Source: Terrimicrobiaceae bacterium | GTDB lineage: Bacteria; Verrucomicrobiota; Verrucomicrobiia; Chthoniobacterales; Terrimicrobiaceae | Reading direction: 5' to 3' | Assembly: GCA_041746635.1 (NCBI GenBank) | Contig: JBGTGQ010000034.1 | Location: forward strand, 17,309 to 81,308 | DNA: 64,000 nt | Shown: in pieces, positions 57,331 to 64,000 of the stretch | How the letters are laid out: each line of letters opens with the position of its first letter | Numbering within the stretch: position 1 is the first letter of the stretch | Translations under genes and position numbers: made by a program | The notes under the pieces: model-generated | The model's database searches: none | The model's input: the letters and a program-made list of their open reading frames with translations, nothing else | What the model was told of the DNA's origin: nothing

Positions 57331-58608
57331 TCAGCCGAGAACCTTTGCCCAACGAGCCGTTTTCTGGTCCACCATCTCCTGATCGAAAATGTCGTTCTCG
57401 TGGGTTGACTCGTTGAAGTATTTTTTTTCCTTACCCGTGGCGGCATCTTTGATCCAGCGTTGGGGCCGGGGCCCGGAAGACAACCTCTCCAGCCAAGTGG
57501 CGCGGCGAACCGGCGGATGGGAGGCGAGTTGGCAGATGTAAGAGGTCAGATTTTCAATGGGATCGCCGTAAGCCAGCATCTGCTTCATGGCCCACAAGCG
57601 TAAGCGATCCGACGATCCGCTGGTGCTGGAACTGCTTAGAGCCAGGAACTCCTCCCGGCTAACAATCCGTGGAATATACTGATAGAAGTCGCAATCGAGT
57701 GCCTCAGGCAGGGCGATTGGTTCGACCATGGCGATTTCTTTGCCGGCGATGGAGGCTTCAATCATGGTGGTGCTGAAGGAGGATACCACTGTGTCGCTGG
57801 CCAGAATCCACTCGCGGGCAGATTCATCCTTCAAAATTCGCAAGCGGGGACTGAGAGAGCCGACATGCTCGGCGGCAAAAGCCGCGATTTGTGCGGTGTT
57901 TGTCGCGGGACGGGGACGGAAAATCACCTCCGCATTTCCTTCCCCGGCCAAGTCGCTGCACCATTGAAGAATCAACACCAACGAATCGTGGCAAAACTTC
58001 CTCATGGCCAGAAACTGGCTGGCCTCGGCGCCGCGGGAGATCCAGCGGTCAATCTTACTTTGGGTGACAAAGGCCCAGCGGTAGTTCTCCGGAAAGAAGA
58101 TCCATTTTTTGGCAGGATCCAGATTGTATTTCTCCGCCAGTTCCTCGCGTCCTGTGAAGTAGGACGCATAAGGCGGGCGATAGAGCTGATAAGTTGGGTT
58201 GCCGTTCAAAAAGATATGCTCCTCGGGAACACCGTGCGCAAGAAGGTAGTCTTTCCCGAAATCTCCCCAGGCGTGATGAATGACCTGTTGACGGGCAAAA
58301 TCGTCGGATGGGGCCTTGATGGTCACGTGTGCGTTGTAATGAATCTGCTCCCACGAGAGGTTGAAGTAACGGGCATCCGGCCACGTCGCGATGAAGTCGT
58401 CGTAAGCGAGATCCGAGGTCGTGTAAAAAAAAGGCAGAATAACGGTCTGCGGATTGGCCGTCTGCATCAGCTCCTTGGCATGATAATACAGATTCCGGAT
58501 TTCCAAATCGACACCATGGCGTTGCCGGGCCAGGTGGCGGACCGCGCACGCCACGTCTAATTCCCGTGCAACGTGCTCGATCAGCCAGAGGAAAGGTTTT
58601 TTTTGCAT
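57331..58608 (-). CDS. putative surface-carbohydrate biosynthesis protein (GT-B-like, TagF/KpsS-like C-terminal half)
   Basis: 425 aa. IEHVARELDVACAV N-terminus. C-terminal VVSSFSTTMIEASIAGKEIAMV block. Family assignment is tentative. Confidence 0.45.
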   Translation of the reverse strand: MQKKPFLWLIEHVARELDVACAVRHLARQRHGVDLEIRNLYYHAKELMQTANPQTVILPFFYTTSDLAYDDFIATWPDARYFNLSWEQIHYNAHVTIKAPSDDFARQQVIHHAWGDFGKDYLLAHGVPEEHIFLNGNPTYQLYRPPYASYFTGREELAEKYNLDPAKKWIFFPENYRWAFVTQSKIDRWISRGAEASQFLAMRKFCHDSLVLILQWCSDLAGEGNAEVIFRPRPATNTAQIAAFAAEHVGSLSPRLRILKDESAREWILASDTVVSSFSTTMIEASIAGKEIAMVEPIALPEALDCDFYQYIPRIVSREEFLALSSSSTSGSSDRLRLWAMKQMLAYGDPIENLTSYICQLASHPPVRRATWLERLSSGPRPQRWIKDAATGKEKKYFNESTHENDIFDQEMVDQKTARWAKVLG

Positions 58609-58617
58609 CCGCGTTCG

Positions 58618-59892
58618 TTAGGAGGCAGAAGCCAATCCGGCATATTCGGATAAATAGGAGTCAAGAAGCTGCCTGCATTTTTTTTGAGTGTGAATATCCT
58701 TGACTACTTGATGGGCCTCAATTTCGTCGAGACCACCCAAACCCCGAATGGCATGCAACAACCGATCCGGCCTTTTGTTGCGGCTATGAAGAAAGCGAAG
58801 TAGCCGATATTTCACAAATGCCTTGGCCCAACTCCGATCGTGATTGTACAACACACTCAGGACATCGAACTCGGCGCAATAAGCACGAAAAAGACTTTTG
58901 TTAATTCGCGTAACAAGGGCCGAGATGTCCCGATTTTGTTCCGAAGCCGGAATTTGGCGGGCCAGCGACATCGCTCCTTGTTTGGGAAGGGCTTGGCGAA
59001 GGCAATAGAATGATCCGGGAGAATTAACTTCACTTTTGTCCACGAATGCCGCTCGGAGGAAAAGATGATAGGCCCGTATGGCCTGACAGGCTGATTCGGC
59101 ATCTCTTCTCCAGGGATTAAGCGCCAGTTTCACAATCTCCCATTTGCGCAACCGTTCCTTTTCCCCGATGTTCTTCAGTAAAATATCCAAGGCTAATCGA
59201 GAAAGCGCGGCGTAACGCTCAAAATAGATTTTTTGATTTTTGGACATGCGCTCCTGGCGTGATGCGCTTGTGATCCAGGACGTGGCCTCATGGTCGCGAT
59301 AATGCTCAATGGCAATTTTTCTGGTTAAGGCTATCTCCCACCCACCCAGAAGCACTTTGGTGGTGAGATCATTATCGATCATGTAATCCCGCAAATCCTC
59401 ATCGAACCCTCCCACTGATTCAAAGACCTGCCGTCGAATGATGCCCTGGTTGCAGTTGAGAACGCCCGTTTCCGAAACTCCCCCGATGAAAGGAAGCGTG
59501 GAATAGGGCCCTGTCCTATCCTTGACTTTTAGTCCGAGCATGCCGAGACGGTGGTCGCCTTGCAGACAATGCACCGCATCGGTCAGAATATGAGGTCTAA
59601 CAACATTGTCATCGCTGATCCAACATAGAAATTCGGTTTGCACTTGACCGGCCGCCTCGTTCAAGGCTTTGGCTTGGCCGCGTTTCTCCGTTTCAAAGAT
59701 GACCCGCAAATCTTTTTGTGCTTCAAGATAAATTCGAGAACCGTCGGTCGAGCCGGCGTCGGAAACAACGATCTCCAAAAAGTCCCTCGGATATTCCCGC
59801 AAAGCATCCAGGCATCGTTGAAGATGCTCAATGCGATTGCACGTTCCAACAAGAACGGTAAGAGGCTTGAAGCCTGGCTTGCTATTGTTCAT
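58618..59892 (-). CDS. GT2 glycosyltransferase with helical C-terminal extension (paralogue of 50815..52176)
   Basis: LTVLVGTCNRIEHLQRCL...VSDAGSTDGS...WISDDN. The catalytic domain is collinear with the 50815..52176 product. Confidence 0.8.
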   Translation of the reverse strand: MNNSKPGFKPLTVLVGTCNRIEHLQRCLDALREYPRDFLEIVVSDAGSTDGSRIYLEAQKDLRVIFETEKRGQAKALNEAAGQVQTEFLCWISDDNVVRPHILTDAVHCLQGDHRLGMLGLKVKDRTGPYSTLPFIGGVSETGVLNCNQGIIRRQVFESVGGFDEDLRDYMIDNDLTTKVLLGGWEIALTRKIAIEHYRDHEATSWITSASRQERMSKNQKIYFERYAALSRLALDILLKNIGEKERLRKWEIVKLALNPWRRDAESACQAIRAYHLFLRAAFVDKSEVNSPGSFYCLRQALPKQGAMSLARQIPASEQNRDISALVTRINKSLFRAYCAEFDVLSVLYNHDRSWAKAFVKYRLLRFLHSRNKRPDRLLHAIRGLGGLDEIEAHQVVKDIHTQKKCRQLLDSYLSEYAGLASAS

Positions 59893-59911
59893 CTTAGAGT
59901 CTGTCTGAAAA
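59893..59911. repeat. left arm of a 19-nt imperfect inverted repeat
   Basis: cttagagtctgtctgaaaa abuts the GT2 start codon (59890-59892). 17 of 19 positions are complementary to 60142..60160. Confidence 0.7.
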
Positions 59912-60141
59912 CGAGCGAAAGTAAGTCAAGAGATTCTGCGGAGCATGAGACAAGCTAGGGCCAAGAAAATCCAAGCGCGGGCGCTGCGGGCGGTTTTTGC
60001 AAAAGGCGTTTTGCATCGCCTAAAAAGGCCTGCGGGTAGGAATGGCCAACCGCCTCTTTCGCCTTTGTCAAGCCTATGGGTAACATCCTCTCTGTTTTTT
60101 TGTCACCTATTATGAAATCTTCAAACTTATATCCGAGACCA

Positions 60142-60160
60142 TTTTCAGACAGGCTCTTAG
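60142..60160. repeat. right arm of a 19-nt imperfect inverted repeat
   Basis: ttttcagacaggctcttag lies 33 nt beyond the stop (60193-60195) of the methyltransferase gene. Confidence 0.7.
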
Positions 60161-60192
60161 CAACTTTGAACCGCTTTTCTTATCCAGTCCCC

Positions 60193-61320
60193 CTACAGTC
60201 GAATAAGCAGACATTGCGCACTTTGTAGATCCCAACGGAGGAATGTTCCGGGATTCGACGAGTCAAACTCATCAATAGCCTGCTTGATGCCCGGGCAAGT
60301 TTTCTTGTCGTAATCATCAACAATCAGAATCGCACCCACGGGCATCTTATCGGCGAAATATGCCATCGCCCAAAGAGTGGGAGCGTAAAGGTCCATGTCC
60401 AGATGAACGAAGTGAAAGGTTTCTGCCGGCAAAGTCGCCGCGACATCCTGAATCCGACCCTTTCTAACCGTAGCGAAAGAGAAGGAATCGAGAAGCTTAT
60501 GTACTGCAGCTTCAGAGGTGTCAGCGAAGAGGCCACTGCGGTTAGCGCCCTCGGTTTCATTCGGCAAATCGAGATTACTGTGTCCCTCGAAAGTATCTAT
60601 GGCAAAAAAGAGGGTTCGGGACCGGGTATCCTGTGCCAGGAGGTGACAAAGAAACTCGCTGGTCTTCCCGCGAAATACACCAGCCTCCACGCAGACCAAA
60701 GATTCACTTTGAAAACGGGCCGATACTGTTTGTAACGCCTGATAAAGGTGGTAGAGTCTGTCATAATTCAGCAAACCGTCAGGCGATTCCACCACCGCCT
60801 TCGCCTTTGTCGCAAAAGGCTCCTTGTTCCTGATATCAGTCAAGTGATGCCAAGAAGCACCGACGTGCCGGGGAACCGAATGAAATTCAGACGTCAGGTT
60901 TTGATTGCTTTGGATATAGGATACAAAACTCTCTAAATCTTTTGGCTGCGCGGTGCCCAAAAAATAAGCCAGCCTACCTGATTTTGTATTCACTCCAAAA
61001 TCCTTGCGCAAAAAATTGAGTGCCAACTGGGAAAGAAGCATCCAGTTCATTCTTTTCGCCAGCAAGGCAATCAATAGCTCTTCTGCGTACGTCTTCTTCA
61101 AGAAGTGAACAAGCTCCACCCGATTTGCCTTTGTTCTCCAAAGCCATGTAAGAAACGATTCAGCGGCTTGGAATCTGACCGGCGATTTCCAAAGATGTTT
61201 GAGGATTTTTCGATTCTCCGACTTTGCAAAAAACAGAGTCAAAGACTCGTTTTCTGCGAAGAGGCGCAGGATCTTGAGTGCCAGGACGCGGTTTTGGATG
61301 ATCCAACGGAGGAGTTTCAT
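60193..61320 (-). CDS. TylF/MycF-like class I O-methyltransferase with an N-terminal extension of about 170 aa
   Basis: VEAGVFRGKTSEFL and FVHLDMDLYAPTLWAMAYFADKMPVGAILIVDDY resemble macrocin-O-methyltransferase family motifs. AT-richer DNA. Confidence 0.7.
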   Translation of the reverse strand: MKLLRWIIQNRVLALKILRLFAENESLTLFFAKSENRKILKHLWKSPVRFQAAESFLTWLWRTKANRVELVHFLKKTYAEELLIALLAKRMNWMLLSQLALNFLRKDFGVNTKSGRLAYFLGTAQPKDLESFVSYIQSNQNLTSEFHSVPRHVGASWHHLTDIRNKEPFATKAKAVVESPDGLLNYDRLYHLYQALQTVSARFQSESLVCVEAGVFRGKTSEFLCHLLAQDTRSRTLFFAIDTFEGHSNLDLPNETEGANRSGLFADTSEAAVHKLLDSFSFATVRKGRIQDVAATLPAETFHFVHLDMDLYAPTLWAMAYFADKMPVGAILIVDDYDKKTCPGIKQAIDEFDSSNPGTFLRWDLQSAQCLLIRL

Positions 61321-61441
61321 AGGGAGATCCGGAAAACAGGCAAGCTGCCGCCCTTGGTCGCTCGCGAAATTTCACGAAACCAATTCGGCAAATTCGGGGA
61401 TGTGGGGTGCCGCATCGTGATGCAGCGCGTCGGGCGGGGGC

Positions 61442-61960
61442 TTAGCGCACGAGAAATTTCAAAATCCAGGGAATCATCTTCTGGCCTTTTTCCAGCCAAT
61501 GCTTGAGCCGCTCGATTTTTATGTGAGCGGACTTGCGGTCCTTAGGGGTCATTTCGTTGGAGAGTTCCTCCATCCGCTTAATGCGATCCAGGGCGCGATT
61601 CATGCGCGGACGCAGCTCTTCCTTCAGGAAAACCGTGGCGAAATTGCTCAGATCGAGATCGGCCACATAATGGTCCCGTCGATCGCCGGGAACATAGGTG
61701 ACTTTGATCGCCCCGAAGGATCGCAACAGCCGCAGGCCCTGGCTGGCCGCGCCGAGGCTGATATCCAGCCGGGTGATAATCTCATCCATGGCCAGCGGGC
61801 GGGGTGAGACAAACATCAGGCCATAGATTTCCCCCACAGACTTCGGTAGGCCGATCAATTTGAGGAAGTTGATGAAAAGCTCGATGGCCTCAACCTCAAG
61901 TTCGGAGAGACGGGGGCTGTCGCTTTTTTCACCGGCACGATTGTGAGCCTGAGTCAGCAT
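61442..61960 (-). CDS. GbsR/MarR-family winged-helix transcriptional regulator
   Basis: GLPKSVGEIYGLMFVSPRPLAMDEIITRLDISLGAASQGLRLLRSFGAIK (wHTH). 172 aa. Divergent from the plus-strand GT2 gene. Confidence 0.65.
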   Translation of the reverse strand: MLTQAHNRAGEKSDSPRLSELEVEAIELFINFLKLIGLPKSVGEIYGLMFVSPRPLAMDEIITRLDISLGAASQGLRLLRSFGAIKVTYVPGDRRDHYVADLDLSNFATVFLKEELRPRMNRALDRIKRMEELSNEMTPKDRKSAHIKIERLKHWLEKGQKMIPWILKFLVR

Positions 61961-62095
61961 CAGGTGGCATCATCCCCTCCACTTCATGGATTTCAAGAAA
62001 AAATGAAATGAATGATGCGGTTGATTTTCCCCCGTGATTCTGCTGACATCGAGCGTTCTGGTCAGCGGCCCAAGCGCCTGCCGGAGAAAACCGCC

Positions 62096-63055
62096 ATGAT
62101 TTCCCTATCAATTCCTGTGTTTAACGAGAAAGAAGCCTTGGGGCCGCTTTTTCAGAAGATCAAGCATGTCATGGATCGGCACGGGAAACCCTGGGAGATT
62201 ATTTTCGTCAACGACGGGAGCCAGGACGGCAGCGAGGAAGTCCTCGATGGGCTCGCGGCGGCGCACCGCGAGGTGAAGGTGGTGCATTTCCGGCGCAACT
62301 TCGGACAGACCGCCGCGATGATGGCGGGGTTCGATTTCGCCTCGGGCGAGGTGGTGATCCCGATGGATGGCGACGGGCAGAACGATCCCGAGGACATCCC
62401 AAAAATGTTGGCCCGGCTGGAGGAAGGTTACGATGTTTGTTCGGGCTGGCGGAAGGACCGACAGGACAACGCCCTGCAGCGCAACATCCCGAGCATCATG
62501 GCCAACAAGCTGATTTCCTGGGTTTCCGGGGTGAAGCTGCACGATTTTGGCTGTTCGCTCAAAGCCTACCGCGCGGAGTTCATCACAGGCGTGCGGCTTT
62601 ACGGAGAGATGCACCGTTTTCTGCCGGTCTATGCCAAATGGCACGGCGCGCGCATCACGGAAATCCCGGTCAACCATTACGCCCGCACTTCCGGTTCTTC
62701 GAAGTATGGACTGGAGCGCGTTTTGAAAGTCCTGATGGATCTGATGACAGTGAAGTTCCTCGACAAATACATGCTCAAGCCGATGTATCTTTTCGGGTTT
62801 TGGGGGGTGATGTTCTTTGGGGCCTCCTGCGGATTCACCCTCTGGGCGTTTTATATGCGCTATGTGGAGGGTTATTGGTTCACGCAGACGCCGCTTCCGA
62901 TGATGGCGGTTTTTTCCTTCATGACGGGCGTCATCTGCATCCTGATGGGTCTGCTGGCGGAAATGACCACGCGCACGTTCCACGAATCGCAGGGCAAATC
63001 GATCTACATGGTTCGCGAAACCCGGAACTTCGCCCCGTTCCCGAAAGCCGCCTGA
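62096..63055 (+). CDS. membrane-anchored GT2, polyprenyl-phosphate sugar synthase type (ArnC/GtrB-like)
   Basis: ISLSIPVFNEKEAL...IFVNDGSQDGS...PMDGDGQNDP and two C-terminal TM helices. ATG at 62096 (the longest ORF starts at 62012). Confidence 0.85.
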   Translation: MISLSIPVFNEKEALGPLFQKIKHVMDRHGKPWEIIFVNDGSQDGSEEVLDGLAAAHREVKVVHFRRNFGQTAAMMAGFDFASGEVVIPMDGDGQNDPEDIPKMLARLEEGYDVCSGWRKDRQDNALQRNIPSIMANKLISWVSGVKLHDFGCSLKAYRAEFITGVRLYGEMHRFLPVYAKWHGARITEIPVNHYARTSGSSKYGLERVLKVLMDLMTVKFLDKYMLKPMYLFGFWGVMFFGASCGFTLWAFYMRYVEGYWFTQTPLPMMAVFSFMTGVICILMGLLAEMTTRTFHESQGKSIYMVRETRNFAPFPKAA

Positions 63056-63056
63056 G

Positions 63057-64000
63057 ATGTGCGGCATCGCCGGATTTGTCGGCGAAGGCGGTCGGGCCGA
63101 TCTGGAGCGGATGACCGGTCGCCTGGCTCACCGCGGGCCGGATGCGGATGGTTTTTACACCGACGCAAAAAATGGCATCCATCTGGGCCACCGCCGCCTG
63201 GCCATCATTGATCTCGCGGGCGGTGCGCAGCCGATGCCCACGGCGGACGGGCGGCAGGTCATTGTTTTTAACGGCGAGATTTACAATCACCGCGAACTCC
63301 GAACCGACCTCCAGGCGCGGGGCTGCGTTTTTCAGTCCGATCATTCCGACACCGAGGTCCTCTTGCATGGCTATCGTGAGTATGGCGAATCGTTCGTGGA
63401 AAAACTCAATGGCATGTGGGCCTTTGCCATTTGGGATGCGGAACGACGCCGTCTGTTTCTCAGCCGGGATCGTTTCGGGAAAAAGCCGCTGTATTGGTTT
63501 TTTCAAAAAGGAACGTTCGCCTTTGCCTCCGAACTCACCGCCTTGTTGGAACATCCGCAATCGCCGCGGAGCGTTTCGCGCAAGGGCCTGCTGAAATTTT
63601 TTGCCTACGCCCTGATTCCCGCGCCGCACACGGCCATCGAGGGAATCTGGAAGCTGCCGGGCGGCCATAATCTCGTGCTGGAAATGGGCGCCGCCCCGGT
63701 CGTGAAACGCTACTGGCGCTATGAGCTGGAAGTGGATGACGCCTTGGTCCGACGCAGCGAAAGCAGCCTGGCGGAAGAGCTATTGGAGCGGCTGGACCGC
63801 GCGGTGAAACGTCGGCTGATGGCCGATGTGCCGCTGGGCGTTTTCCTGAGTGGCGGGGTGGATTCCACCGCCGTTGCGGCCCTTGCGGCCCGTCATGTGG
63901 GCGCGGGAACGCTGCGGACGTTCAGCATTGGATTCTCCGAGCCAAGCTTTGACGAGTCGGCCTTTGCCCTCAGGGCTGCGGAGTTTTTGCATACCAACCA
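63057..64000 (+). CDS. asnB: asparagine synthase (glutamine-hydrolysing) family amidotransferase, N-terminal part (3' end outside the window)
   Basis: Absent from the ORF track because it is open to the window end. I translated it by hand from the ATG at 63057: MCGIAGFVGEGG... (Ntn Cys2), RLAIIDLAGGAQPM, FNGEIYNH, and the PP-loop LSGGVDST near 63850. Confidence 0.9.
   Translation, partial: MCGIAGFVGEGGRADLERMTGRLAHRGPDADGFYTDAKNGIHLGHRRLAIIDLAGGAQPMPTADGRQVIVFNGEIYNHRELRTDLQARGCVFQSDHSDTEVLLHGYREYGESFVEKLNGMWAFAIWDAERRRLFLSRDRFGKKPLYWFFQKGTFAFASELTALLEHPQSPRSVSRKGLLKFFAYALIPAPHTAIEGIWKLPGGHNLVLEMGAAPVVKRYWRYELEVDDALVRRSESSLAEELLERLDRAVKRRLMADVPLGVFLSGGVDSTAVAALAARHVGAGTLRTFSIGFSEPSFDESAFALRAAEFLHTN

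Noticed and set aside
59893-60160. The inverted-repeat-bounded 268-bp segment, considered as a MITE or IS remnant.
   Set aside because: I saw no target-site duplication at the flanks (...ttcat | caact...), no transposase remnant, and no second copy of the 19-mer in this window. It is kept as a structural observation only.
1-64000. Search for tRNA, rRNA, CRISPR arrays, integrases or transposases, toxin-antitoxin pairs or known defence-system genes.
   Set aside because: No cloverleaf-like conserved tRNA arms and no rRNA-like stretches were seen. There are no short regularly spaced repeats. No ORF has nuclease, recombinase, STAND or reverse-transcriptase-type motifs. Every sizeable ORF fits housekeeping or glycan biosynthesis.

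Overview
GC-rich bacterial chromosome segment. The gene content (BatA/DUF58 pair, very large glycan locus) suggests a PVC/Verrucomicrobia-like organism, but that is inference only. Positions 1-7566 hold housekeeping genes: the ahcY 3' end, a PheA-like gene, scpB-scpA, hpf, a secreted phosphodiester glycosidase, and a DUF58 plus BatA-like pair. From about 7.6 kb to 62 kb almost everything lies on the minus strand in one surface-glycan assembly locus of roughly 47 co-directional genes. It contains about 10 GT4/GT-B, about 10 GT2, one GT9 and one GT-C glycosyltransferase, 4 methyltransferases, 3 hexapeptide acetyltransferases, a sulfotransferase, several SDR epimerases, an aldehyde dehydrogenase and a fused transketolase. 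It also carries a Wzm/Wzt ABC exporter and a nonulosonic-acid pathway: an NANS-type synthase, a KdsC-type phosphatase and a cytidylyltransferase. At least 17 gene junctions are 4-nt ATGA/GTGA overlaps. The window ends with a GbsR/MarR-like regulator divergent from a plus-strand GT2 and asparagine synthase pair. The most unusual items are listed here. (1) Wzt carries three tandem C-terminal reader-like modules instead of none or one. (2) An animal/Bacteroides-type 9-phosphate nonulosonate route sits in a tightly coupled sub-operon with a sulfotransferase, a Cys-rich KpsS/KpsC-like transferase, SDRs and an aldehyde dehydrogenase. (3) A lower-GC Gtr-like periplasmic glycosylation module lies next to the transketolase. 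(4) The locus contains paralogue pairs, a decayed GT4 gene and an inverted-repeat-bracketed intergenic region. No tRNA, rRNA, CRISPR array, transposase or recognisable defence system was seen. All family assignments come from reading motifs by eye, since no searches were possible.
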